Origin: Sedimentisphaerales bacterium
GTDB taxonomy: Bacteria > Planctomycetota > Phycisphaerae > Sedimentisphaerales > SM23-30
Reading direction: 5' to 3' (one strand)
DNA: 64,000 nt
Assembly: GCA_963666285.1 (NCBI GenBank)
Contig: OY762711.1
Under the pieces are notes generated by a model. The model had not been told where the DNA came from, did not search any database, and saw only the letters and a list, made by a program, of their open reading frames with translations. Each line of letters opens with the position of its first letter. Position 1 is the stretch's first letter. A program made the translations under genes and the position numbers. Positions 41,062 to 51,110 of this stretch are shown in pieces.

Positions 41062-41188
41062 ACATTTCCAAACATTTAGCGTTATCAGGTAAATACTCAA
41101 TTGCCAAACCAACTGCCGCAACTGGCAGGCTCTACCAAATAGCCCGCCAGGTATAACTCTCATATATCATCTACAAGATCTCTAACAC

Positions 41189-42481
41189 CTACTTTTTAAG
41201 ATTAAAGGCCTTGCATAAATCGTCAATAATTTCCTGACTCATCGCAATATGCCCGCCAATAGGCTGCGCATCGAGGACCGCCTCTGCCGAACAATCCAGC
41301 ACTTCCAGTTTATCGAATGCCGCCAGGATACTGTCGCCGACCACCATAACACCGTTATTGCACAACACCGCCGCCGGTGAATTTAATGTTAAGGTCGAGG
41401 TCAGCTTTTCAATATCATTGAATGATGTCTCAAACGGCAGCAAACTAACATCCCGGACAAAAACATAGCTTTCAGGGATCGTATAGGTATCTATAGTTTT
41501 ATGACAGACACTGAACGCCATTGCATTTATCGGCAGAGCATTAATTATGGCATTCACTTCCGGCTGGGCTTCATAAATAGCCTTATGAGAAAGCACCGCA
41601 CGACTTGGTGTCTTGCCGAATTCGGCCTTGCCCTTCCGAATCATTACGATTTCCTCTGGCCGAACATCATGACGGTCCAAAGGAAAAGGCGTTATCAAAA
41701 ATCTGTTCTCATCAATACGTGCCGAAAACGTACCTGTTGTCGTTGTCAATAGCCGCTGCCGATATCCACGCTCGATAAACTCACACATCTCATTTCGAAG
41801 CTGCTTCTCTAAAATACACATCATTGTCGGATCATACTCAAATGAGTCCAGCTGCACTCTCTTGCTCTGCAGTTGAAGCTGCTGATCGGTTAAAAGCTTA
41901 GGTTCTCCGATTGCAGCTGCCTTGATATATATCTTGCAGCACATTTCCAGGGTTTCAAATTTCTGAAATGAATCCTGCAGGGTTTTACCGCCGCAGCAGA
42001 CACCATGATTTTCCAAAATTACTGAATCAAAACCCTCTCGAAATTTATCAGCTATTTTTCGGCCCAGATCATCGCTGCCCGGCACACCATATGGTGCAAA
42101 ATCTACCGTACCGTTTGAACGCCAGGCCTGTTGAAACAACTTCGTGTCAGGCACCTTATGGGCAATCGAAAAGGCCACCAGTGCCATCGGATGAGCATGA
42201 ACAATGGCCTTTATATCTGGACGAATCTCGTAGATCGCTTTATGGAACGGCCATTCACTGGACGGACGATGCAAACCCTCGATTTCTCCGCCTGACCGAA
42301 TACATACTATATCACTCGGCGTCAGCGAACCCTTGTCAATCCCGGTCGGAGTTATCCAGATATCGCCATTTTCATCCTTAATAGACAAATTTCCGCCTGA
42401 TGTCGTTGTCATCTTATAATTATATATTCGCTTCATTGTCAGCACTAACTCATCACGAGGGTGCAAATATTCATATTTCAT
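41189..42481 (-). CDS. Class II aldolase/adducin family protein with two tandem domains
   Basis: TTSGGNLS, PSSEWPFH, HAHP, LENHG in the first half; degenerate second copy (PSRAVLSH, INALP, LCNNG). Confidence 0.9.
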   Translation of the reverse strand: MKYEYLHPRDELVLTMKRIYNYKMTTTSGGNLSIKDENGDIWITPTGIDKGSLTPSDIVCIRSGGEIEGLHRPSSEWPFHKAIYEIRPDIKAIVHAHPMALVAFSIAHKVPDTKLFQQAWRSNGTVDFAPYGVPGSDDLGRKIADKFREGFDSVILENHGVCCGGKTLQDSFQKFETLEMCCKIYIKAAAIGEPKLLTDQQLQLQSKRVQLDSFEYDPTMMCILEKQLRNEMCEFIERGYRQRLLTTTTGTFSARIDENRFLITPFPLDRHDVRPEEIVMIRKGKAEFGKTPSRAVLSHKAIYEAQPEVNAIINALPINAMAFSVCHKTIDTYTIPESYVFVRDVSLLPFETSFNDIEKLTSTLTLNSPAAVLCNNGVMVVGDSILAAFDKLEVLDCSAEAVLDAQPIGGHIAMSQEIIDDLCKAFNLKK

Positions 42482-42960
42482 TTTTGTATTCCTTCAAAAT
42501 TAAGGTGACCTCATGTATTTCCACAGGTTGCCTTAAGTACTATAAGTGACTGATTTTAACACCTTGTCTTGCTCAAACACTTTTAATACATCTTGTCATA
42601 TTGATAATTATAGCCTGCCGCCCAAAGTCTTTCCTTAAATAAGCATTTGTACCTTATGTCTTTTAAACTGACAACCGGTCAGTTTGAGTAAAAATGTAAA
42701 TTTCACTTTATAGCGGCATTTCGCATCATTTAATTTAGTGCATCGGTTTCAAATATGCAAGATTTTTCATCGAAAGATTAATACCATAAAAACACCCGTA
42801 CTATCAGCAATATCCCCGACACTAAACCTGGAAGTATGACCGCCAACCATAAACTAAATGACCTGATACCGAATCAGGTACAATCGACTTCCCAACCATA
42901 ACAAAACAAACCATTCTCCGGATATTTTTTGATCCGCTAATCAAAATCTGAATCCGCAAC

Positions 42961-43001
42961 AAAAAAACAGCTGTGAGAAACCGGCTAAAGCTCTCACAGC
43001 T
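42961..43001 (-). terminator. Terminator downstream of the Cys-rich peptide gene
   Basis: AGCTGTGAGA (42969-42978)/TCTCACAGCT (42992-43001) stem followed by GT7 on the minus strand. Confidence 0.75.
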
Positions 43002-43026
43002 CAATTATTACAAAAAGCAACAGGTA

Positions 43027-43221
43027 CTATTTACCGCAGCAACGACCGCCACATACTAAACTACAACCTTCAGTGTCTATCGGCTGATCAACAGATACAC
43101 ATACTGCAGATTGAATTTCGGCTTCCGGGGTCAATTCCAGCCCGACCTTACCCAGCTCAGATAATGCGTTCATTGCAGATACAATAGCCAGCGAATGAAT
43201 TACAACATCTTTTATATTCAT
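43027..43221 (-). CDS. Small Cys-rich peptide (64 aa), possible RiPP precursor or metal-binding peptide
   Basis: GAAAGGA RBS; ends AVC...EGCSLVCGGRCCGK; has its own terminator. Confidence 0.7.
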   Translation of the reverse strand: MNIKDVVIHSLAIVSAMNALSELGKVGLELTPEAEIQSAVCVSVDQPIDTEGCSLVCGGRCCGK

Positions 43222-43898
43222 AATTAATTTCCTTTCAAAAATAAATTTCAACTTCGATCCTGTTTACACTTACAGAATTAACAGACACATTTTCAACCAT
43301 GTCATTAACGGTTCTATCAAAATTCACTTTACACTTCGCATCAAAGCATGCCGCACTTTTCAATATTCGTTTTAACTTAATTTGATCGGACTTTGCGTAT
43401 AATACCGCACAAACAAAAGCACGCAAGCCTTCTCAAACTCAATAAAATCTCTCTTCACAAATATGGCCAACTGTTACAAACAAAGAGCAAAAAAATGATT
43501 TTTTTGAATAAAATATCCGACTCGATACGTTTTAAATAATGGTGACCTCTGGAAATTGCTTTTGATGTTTGTGATTTCGCAAAAATGACGATATAATTTA
43601 ATAATGACAGCGTTTTCTTAATTAATGGCATAAAACCACCAATGGGCATACCATTTCTGGAGAACGCAATAAAATAAGTGCGGCTAAATTTTTATCGTAA
43701 CAATCACAGGACAAAAGCGTATAATATTATGATACAGCTTTAGTTATCTATTATAATTTAATAAATCAAACGTTGTTTTTTGACTTTTTTTCAATTTTTT
43801 AATAAAAAATCAGCCGTTTTTTGTAACAGTTCGGATTACTTATAAGAAACAATGTAATTAAAATTCATATTATTCACTAATTACAGGGAAACATTATT

Positions 43899-44054
43899 AT
43901 GAATAAAATTTGTAAAACATTAGGAATAAGGAAGTTAGCAAGCTTACTTGGATCATTCATATCAAAGCCGCTCATAATCACTTTGATTATTGCTGCCTTG
44001 ATTTTGTTTTCCAATGCAGCTTTGCTGGCTGGTGACGGTTCCGGTATGAACTAA
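43899..44054 (+). CDS. 51-aa signal-peptide-like precursor ending in GDGSGMN
   Basis: MNKICKTLGIRKLASLLGSFISKPLIITLIIAALILFSNAALLA-GDGSGMN; CAGGG RBS; below the ORF-track size cutoff. Confidence 0.7.
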   Translation: MNKICKTLGIRKLASLLGSFISKPLIITLIIAALILFSNAALLAGDGSGMN

Positions 44055-44145
44055 CATTTTCTCTAAATCTGGATTAGTTAATTCTGGGGTTCGATCGAAG
44101 TATTCGAAAAAATATAATTAACTAATACCATGGATGGAGGTCCAT

Positions 44146-45744
44146 ATGAATAATAATATTAAGCAAAATCGAATACAAAATGCTCTTGGCTATCTTAAAG
44201 ATCAGACCTTTGAGCAGCTGACAGATTTGCTTCAAATTCATATATCTGATAAATATATTTCCATGTTATCCAAAAATCTGGCTTCTGACAGTATCGATAA
44301 GTTTATCTCCAAAAATATGAGAAGCCTAAGTAATAACCTGCAGCCTGACACTGAATCTATCGAAGATGATTCTATATATCTATCTATCATGTTCGCGTAC
44401 CCGCATCTTATGCGTACCAGGACACCTGATGATATTACTTTCGGTACACAGGCCAATGAAGTTATTGATGAAACTATAGTCGTCAATTCCGACAACAAAA
44501 ATGAAAATAACAGCGTCAGCGAAAGACGCGCAAGCATTGTGGATATTGCCGATAAAATCTTTGATAAAAAATATCTCTCAAGCAAAATTACCCGGGCAAA
44601 ACATCAGGTTGAAGTTGCCTGCGGGTTATCATTGCTGGTTGGCAATGCCGGTAATAGAACAAATTTCATTGAGACATTAATTAATAACGGAGAGCTGAAA
44701 ATTGACTGCATAAGAAAAGCTTTGGCCCTGGAAGGTATTACTACAACTAATGTCACAATCAAGAGAACTTATGAAACACTGCGTAAACTATACCGCGAGG
44801 AGATGGCGATGGATATAAATCATGCAATAACTAACAACCTTGAATCTCTGAAGATGTTTTATAAAGAACTTCTGAAAGATGATCAGGATCCGGAATTGCG
44901 TGAACTTTGCGGGTATGCCCTTATCGGGCTTGTCAGGGAATTAGCCGGTGAAGCGTTTGAAACTATCCAAAATTGTAAATCTTATACCGCCGGACAGAGC
45001 GGCAGCCCTGACGCCGAAACTGCTAATGATATTATCCTGGATTTCTTAAGAATATATGTAGCTGACGACCAGGAAGGTACCTCGCCTGTTGAAGATATGG
45101 CTTTTGCAATTTCTGATAACATGGCCCCTTATACAAAAGCGATTGCCGGGGCACGGTCTATCTGCACGCTTCTCGGTAAAGACTCCTATGGCGGACTGTC
45201 CATTATGGCGTCAGTTGCGATCATGGCATACGAGATGATGGAACCTGACGAATATAATATGTTCTTTGCCCAGGTAAGAGAAAAAATGATGATGCTCGAC
45301 AAAAATGAAGTCGATGCAATTCGAGAAAAATACAGCGGCTTTAGCTTGAAAACACTGGATTACTTTTTTAACACAACATCATATAATCCGGCAACTAAAT
45401 ATCACGAAGCTGCTGTCATCCGGATGTCAGAATCAGAAAATGCTGACGATTTGATTGATAAAGCATGGAATTGTATCTCCTTGTTTAACGACGACATTGA
45501 CAGTATTCCTGCTCATGCGAGCATACTTGCAGAATTTGCCGGCGTTGCTTTCAAAGCCGGTATGATTGAACGGTCAAAAGACGCATGGCAGAAGGTTTTC
45601 AAACTTGGTTATGAAAATGCAATGGAAGTGGTTATTAACCATAAAAACGGTCAGAGCAACCAGGCTATAGTCCAGGCTGTTCAGGAATCTGCAATTGCAT
45701 TTAACCTGGTTCAGGAAAATGATATCATCGATGCCGGAAATTAA
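44146..45744 (+). CDS. Hypothetical alpha-helical protein with possible HTH/sigma4-like segment and TPR-like C-terminus
   Basis: GGAGG RBS; IRKALALEGITTTNVTIKRTYETLRKLY; SILAEFAGVAFKAGMIERSKDAWQKVFKLG; no obvious TM or signal peptide. Confidence 0.7.
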   Translation: MNNNIKQNRIQNALGYLKDQTFEQLTDLLQIHISDKYISMLSKNLASDSIDKFISKNMRSLSNNLQPDTESIEDDSIYLSIMFAYPHLMRTRTPDDITFGTQANEVIDETIVVNSDNKNENNSVSERRASIVDIADKIFDKKYLSSKITRAKHQVEVACGLSLLVGNAGNRTNFIETLINNGELKIDCIRKALALEGITTTNVTIKRTYETLRKLYREEMAMDINHAITNNLESLKMFYKELLKDDQDPELRELCGYALIGLVRELAGEAFETIQNCKSYTAGQSGSPDAETANDIILDFLRIYVADDQEGTSPVEDMAFAISDNMAPYTKAIAGARSICTLLGKDSYGGLSIMASVAIMAYEMMEPDEYNMFFAQVREKMMMLDKNEVDAIREKYSGFSLKTLDYFFNTTSYNPATKYHEAAVIRMSESENADDLIDKAWNCISLFNDDIDSIPAHASILAEFAGVAFKAGMIERSKDAWQKVFKLGYENAMEVVINHKNGQSNQAIVQAVQESAIAFNLVQENDIIDAGN

Positions 45745-46077
45745 AGTTTCTGCTCGATAACATAAACTTAAATCAATATAAATTACCTTTTCGCACTTTC
45801 CACCTTGGAATGTGCACGCCCAAAAGGCAGCGTGAAGCATTAAAAATAAAATATAACGTGTGACAGCTTATCCTGGAATCCCGTACTTAACCTGGCAAAG
45901 GATATCAGGGGACAGCCAAACACATAAATCTCTCACTTTTATACTTCGCATCTTTTCAAGGCAATAAAACCTTCCGTTTACCGGTGCGCCTTGAAATAGT
46001 GTGCCGCACAAAATTGCAAAAAAAATATGAGCTGATTCTGAAACAGCCTGTAGACAAAATTGAAAGGATATATAATT

Positions 46078-47967
46078 ATGAATGCTAAAATATATATACA
46101 GACGTTTATTTTGATAGTATCTCTGGCAGGAAGTCAATTATACGGCCAGTTAAATGATTCTGTCCCGCCGATTCCTGGCCAGGAAGAGCCTGAAATATTA
46201 AACCAGGGACCTATCCATGAAGCGTTCGCCCAACCGGTCGAACTGGTAACCGAGTCAGGCATTGTCTCACCGCAAGAGCCGCCCGACGATATCATAGAAG
46301 ATCCTGCCGAGGAAAAACCCGAAAGCTCCAGATATGTCTGGATACCCGGATACTGGGCCTGGGACTCCGAGCGAAGCGATTACGTCTGGATCAGCGGCTG
46401 CTGGAGAATTACCCCGGTAGGCATGTCATGGGTACCGGGCTACTGGGACGAAATTTCTACCGGCTGGCAATGGGTACCGGGATTCTGGATATCCACTACC
46501 CAGGCCGAACAGATCAAATACCTGCCCGAACCACCGGCAATTGCCGAAACTGAACCACCGGTAACTGTCGTTGAGACTGAGAAAATCTGGGTGCCGCCCT
46601 GCTATTACTGGCACCAAAATAATTATATCCTCCGAGCCGGATATTGGCTCGACCCGCGGGATAATTGGGTATGGGTTCCATCCCATTACTCCTGGACACC
46701 GCATGGATATGTTTTTGTCTCTGGATACTGGGATTACGCTTTGGAAACACGAGGCATCTTGTATGCACCTGTTTACTTCCCAAGACGCTTCCATAGACCT
46801 CATAGATACACTTACTCATTGGGTGTTGTCGTGAATATCAGAAATCTTGAATTCAGCCTGTTCAGCCACCCGCGTTACTGCCATTATTATTTCGGTGATT
46901 ACTACAGCGACTTTTATGTCAGTATCGGAATTTTCCCATGGTTTGAATTCAAGAAACGGCACGGTTGGTACGATCCGATCTACGAACATAAACGCTGTCG
47001 ACACCGTCGAAAAGATCCGCATTGGGGCGATCATATCCGACATGAATATGAACTCCGGCGAACAGATGCTAAACGACGTCCGCCACGAACCTATCGCGAA
47101 ATTAAATCTCGACACTTACAATCGCCTAAAGATCATCGTAACGATTTTCGATTCGTTGAACCGGTTAAGTCATATACCAAAAAGAAGGATACACCATTTA
47201 AGTCCTACAGAATGGACCACAAGGAACGTCTGAAAATCGTTGGCCATGCAGACAGGGTAAATAAATCCCGTCAGCAGCGAAGAACGCTGGAGTCACATCG
47301 GTCCGCTCCGACATTCGAAAGGTCATCTAATAAATCCCATCCATCGGAAAGAAAAATGTCTGAAAAGAGTTCACGCACTACAAGTCCTGCAAGGCGAGAC
47401 CGAACTACACCTCCGACCAGGATTCAACCGGCACCACAAAGAAAAACACAAACCGACTCACCTGCCAGAAATCGAACGACTCCGGCAACCAAAACCAGAA
47501 CTGACTCGCCAACCAGAACCCAACCAACGCCACAACGAAAAACGCAGCCTGACTCGCCAACCGAGGCCAGGCCTGCACCATCATCAAAATCTAAGCCTGA
47601 CAATTCGTCCAAGACACGGTCCAACTCTCCGACCAGATTCCGGCCGGCTCCTCCAACAAACTCCCGGTCAGTTGCACCTGCCAGAGTCCAGCCTAACTCA
47701 TCAACCAAGTCTCAACCTTCATCACCAGCCAAAGTTAAACAGCCGACCAAACAATCATCAGAAAAACAAAAAAGCAATAAGAATATTTCTCCGAGACAGC
47801 AATATTATTCAAAATCATCTAATAAAGAAAAAAGTTCCAGCAGCAGTTCCCAGAACAAAACTACTTCAAAGCCAGAAAGAAACTCGCAACCACAACAGCG
47901 TAAAGATTCTGACAAAAAGGATAAAAAACAAAAAAGCGGAAGAGGTGTAGGCCGCTGGCATAGATAA
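46078..47967 (+). CDS. Exported YXWGXW-repeat protein with basic low-complexity tail
   Basis: Signal peptide; RYVWIPGYWAW, YVWISGCW, WVPGYW, WQWVPGFW repeats; C-terminus rich in P/S/T/K/R. Confidence 0.85.
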   Translation: MNAKIYIQTFILIVSLAGSQLYGQLNDSVPPIPGQEEPEILNQGPIHEAFAQPVELVTESGIVSPQEPPDDIIEDPAEEKPESSRYVWIPGYWAWDSERSDYVWISGCWRITPVGMSWVPGYWDEISTGWQWVPGFWISTTQAEQIKYLPEPPAIAETEPPVTVVETEKIWVPPCYYWHQNNYILRAGYWLDPRDNWVWVPSHYSWTPHGYVFVSGYWDYALETRGILYAPVYFPRRFHRPHRYTYSLGVVVNIRNLEFSLFSHPRYCHYYFGDYYSDFYVSIGIFPWFEFKKRHGWYDPIYEHKRCRHRRKDPHWGDHIRHEYELRRTDAKRRPPRTYREIKSRHLQSPKDHRNDFRFVEPVKSYTKKKDTPFKSYRMDHKERLKIVGHADRVNKSRQQRRTLESHRSAPTFERSSNKSHPSERKMSEKSSRTTSPARRDRTTPPTRIQPAPQRKTQTDSPARNRTTPATKTRTDSPTRTQPTPQRKTQPDSPTEARPAPSSKSKPDNSSKTRSNSPTRFRPAPPTNSRSVAPARVQPNSSTKSQPSSPAKVKQPTKQSSEKQKSNKNISPRQQYYSKSSNKEKSSSSSSQNKTTSKPERNSQPQQRKDSDKKDKKQKSGRGVGRWHR

Positions 47968-48215
47968 TCTACATAATAACCAATCAGTTTAACTTAATTT
48001 GTTTTAATATATTTTATGTTAAATTTCGCACTGCAAACCTTTAAACATTATTCATACTCCAACCGACTCAAACTGTCTACCGGGCAGTTTGAGTTATTAT
48101 TTTGTAGCATTATTTACATAAATAAGGTACGATATCGCCTAATGAATAATTTAATCGGGATATGCAGTTGGTCTATCCCATTCGACATCAATCTACTAAT
48201 TGAAAGGCAGGTAAC

Positions 48216-49469
48216 ATGAAACATAAATACTGCGGTTTACTCAAAATTGCTTCAGTCTTGTTGCTCTTCTTTACAATATGCCTGACCGGCTGCGAAAAGA
48301 AAACAGATGAAACTTCCAGTCCGCCGGATAATGAATCTTCTGCCAATAATACCGCTGCAGAAAATGACGTCAAACAGCTTGACCCTGAAAAAGCATTTGT
48401 TTCTGCCCCGGATGTCTCTATTGCTGCTCTAAAGGAAATCAAAGCTGACCAACTCGAAATGAAAGATCCTCCTTCTTTTGTCAGACGTATGAAACGTAAT
48501 AATAAAGAATCACTTAAAATGGGTACTATCAGTTTGGGTGAACATCAATATATGGTCCTGCTCGGCGATAACACCAGCTATGAATTCCATATTCAGGATG
48601 TTAATAAAGACCAGGCCCCTTACTGGTGGGGATCATGGAGCCTTCACTCCAGGCACCTGCTGAAAGGCAAGTATTATGAATTCAAACTGATTGAAAACGG
48701 CACCAAAATTGCCGGCAGACCATATACCGGCGAGTTTGGTATATTTAAGCTTGGCAAAGGCGAAAGAAACATCGAAAAAATGGAGATGAACGGTTCAATC
48801 GAACAAACCGGCGATGTTGGAGCACCTGTCGGCGATCTATCTAAACTCATGTGGCCTGACCCTGTTGCGGAATGCTCTGTACCGGTCGGCGACTATACCG
48901 CTAACCTTATGAGCGTCGTATATGACGATCTGAAAATCGATATTTCTCATAACTACTATACCAATGTCAAGGGACAATCTGCCACGAAAAACGTCGTTTA
49001 CGGCATGCAGGTACGAAAGGATAAACCCTACATACTTGATTTCTCAAATGAACCAGCAATTATCTTCGAATCGCCCAAAAATGACGGAGATACATATTCG
49101 CTTGGCAATGAAATAAAGTTTTCCGCGGTTTTGATTGATCCAAAACTCGATATCATGATTAGAGGTTTGGACGACACCTCCCAAAAAGTAGAAAAAGAAT
49201 ACAAGGATAATGACGGCAATGTAATCCACACCGCTAAAATATCCAAGTCACTTGACCCCAAGGTAGTCGTCACCCGTTCTAACGGCGAGGTTGTAGGAGA
49301 GGGCGTTATGCCCTTTGGCTGAGGCGGCACATGCGGGTATGCGTGGCGCATACCGGAAGACCTGAAACTTAACGGCGACAGCGAAGAATTTACAGTGACC
49401 GTTACCTACGAAACTAAGATACTGTACGGTAACGTTTCTGCTCAGCGAAAAATTAAAATTACCAAATAG
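48216..49469 (+). CDS. Lipoprotein, candidate selenoprotein (UGA at codon 369, U-G-G-T-C motif, 417 aa)
   Basis: Lipobox LTGC; TGA at 49320-49322 followed by 48 sense codons to TAG at 49467-49469; SECIS-like hairpin; terminator only after the TAG. Confidence 0.75.
49336..49354 (+). promoter_or_regulatory. Putative bacterial SECIS element
   Basis: GGTATGC-GTGGC-GCATACC perfect stem; G-containing apical loop about 20 nt after the UGA. Confidence 0.65.
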
Positions 49470-49513
49470 TTAATTTCATCTCAATTTAACATAACAATTG
49501 ACTCAACCACATG

Positions 49514-49543
49514 CCGCCTGAGATTATCTCAGGCGGTTTTTTT
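49514..49543 (+). terminator. Rho-independent terminator
   Basis: CCGCCTGAGA-TTA-TCTCAGGCGG followed by T7. Confidence 0.85.
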
Positions 49544-49814
49544 ATTACTATTGCCAACTTTCGCTATTTTCAGAGGTTGCCTTAATTGTAAGCAACGCTC
49601 AAATGGAACCAGATGAAGGTACCATACAAATCCTGCGGCTAATATCACAAATGATGCTATATATAGAATTAAATTTACATAAAAATACAAAATATCACCG
49701 ACAAAACCGCCCCTTATACTGAAAAGCTCTTGTAACCTTATCAATATTAATTAAAATAAAACCAGGTATAATCTTTTATGAAAACAACCGACACACCCGG
49801 ATAAAAGGAATATA

Positions 49815-50624
49815 ATGAATATCAATAAAACAAAACTTATCTATTTCTCGCCAACTGAAACAACTAAAAAGGTCATGGAAGGTGTCGCCGCCGGAATAAA
49901 TGCCGACAGCACCGAACATCTTAACCTGACCTCACCACAAAATACCGAAAAAATCTTATCAACTTCTCCAGACGAACTCGTAATCATCGGCGCTCCTGTT
50001 TATGCCGGACGACTGCCGAACGATGCCGTCAAACGATTCAGACAGATCAAAGCTGACAACACACCCGCCGTACTGATCGTTGTTTACGGCAACAGAGAAT
50101 TCGAAGATGCTCTGCTGGAACTAAAAGACCTCGCAATTGAATTAGGATTCTGCCCCATAGCTGCCGGTGCGTTTATCGGCGAACATTCTTTTGCCACAAA
50201 CGACATCCCAATCGCCAATGGTCGACCCGATTCTACTGACCTCCAAAAGGCAAAAGAATTTGGAACGAAGATCAACGAAATTGTCACTTCCATAAATGAA
50301 ACTGACAAAAATATCGATTTGCCAATACCCGGCAATTATCCACATCGAAACGGGGCACAGCCGATGGGATTCGCACCGGCCGTCAATAAAGATACCTGTA
50401 CCAAATGCGGCCTGTGTGTCACGGTATGCCCGACTGCTGCGATATCGCTCAACGATTCCATCCAAACTGCAGTAGATTTGTGCATTCAATGCTGTGCCTG
50501 CATTAAAAAATGTCCGGTCGATGCATTGTCTTGGCAGGACGATAAAATCACAGGCATAGCCCATCGTTTGAATTCTAATTGCCAGACACGCAAAGAACCC
50601 CAATATTTCGGCATAAACAAATAA
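49815..50624 (+). CDS. Flavodoxin-fold + 2x[4Fe-4S] ferredoxin protein (EFR1-like)
   Basis: YFSPTETT, PVYAGR, VYGNREFEDALLEL, CTKCGLCVTVCP, CIQCCACIKKCP. Confidence 0.9.
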   Translation: MNINKTKLIYFSPTETTKKVMEGVAAGINADSTEHLNLTSPQNTEKILSTSPDELVIIGAPVYAGRLPNDAVKRFRQIKADNTPAVLIVVYGNREFEDALLELKDLAIELGFCPIAAGAFIGEHSFATNDIPIANGRPDSTDLQKAKEFGTKINEIVTSINETDKNIDLPIPGNYPHRNGAQPMGFAPAVNKDTCTKCGLCVTVCPTAAISLNDSIQTAVDLCIQCCACIKKCPVDALSWQDDKITGIAHRLNSNCQTRKEPQYFGINK

Positions 50625-50897
50625 TACAATAAGTACATCATCTAAAAATACACAAAATCTATGCAAAATAGGTCGTGGTCCTAGCATTAAACACTTGCCG
50701 GCATTCAAAACGATACTATGCATAGAATCATTTTTAGAAAACAGCAATACTATCATCTGTAAAATGCCTGATTTTTCCGAAAATTGAATAATACAATAAG
50801 TTTGCCTATGTTAACTGTAAGTATGACATTCTCCAGAAACTCTCCACCAATAATCAAATAAATCTATTGTCATACGATACTTGATTTATATAATAAA

Positions 50898-51058
50898 GGG
50901 TACTTCTAGAAATTGCTTTTGTTGCGAAAGTGAGGAGTTTTGTTTGCTGGCAAGAAAGGTAAAATCGTGCATATTGGGCTATATTCGCGGTTTTATCTGA
51001 CGCAGACCAGCAAGCAAAAGATCCATCTTTCGCTAAAAATGAATTTTTAGAGGTGCCC
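50898..51058. mobile_element. MITE-like palindromic element (~161 bp)
   Basis: Terminal inverted repeats GGGTACTTCTAGAAATT / AATTTTTAGAGGTGCCC; internal arms GCGAAAG/CTTTCGC and TTTTGTTTGCTGG/CCAGCAAGCAAAA. Confidence 0.65.
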
Positions 51059-51110
51059 TAATATATTCTTAACAAATTAATCGGTATCATTCAAATAAAG
51101 GAAGGTCTAC

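Noticed and set aside
43235..43649. Two small minus-strand ORFs (63 and 64 aa) upstream of the Cys-rich peptide
   Set aside because: Weak starts, no clear RBS, no motifs; probably regulatory intergenic DNA.
47380..47760. Repeated GACTC(A/G)CC units that could suggest a CRISPR-like array
   Set aside because: Short, degenerate, in-frame coding repeats (TDSP/PDSP) in the low-complexity tail of the YXWGXW protein; no constant repeat-spacer structure and no cas genes.
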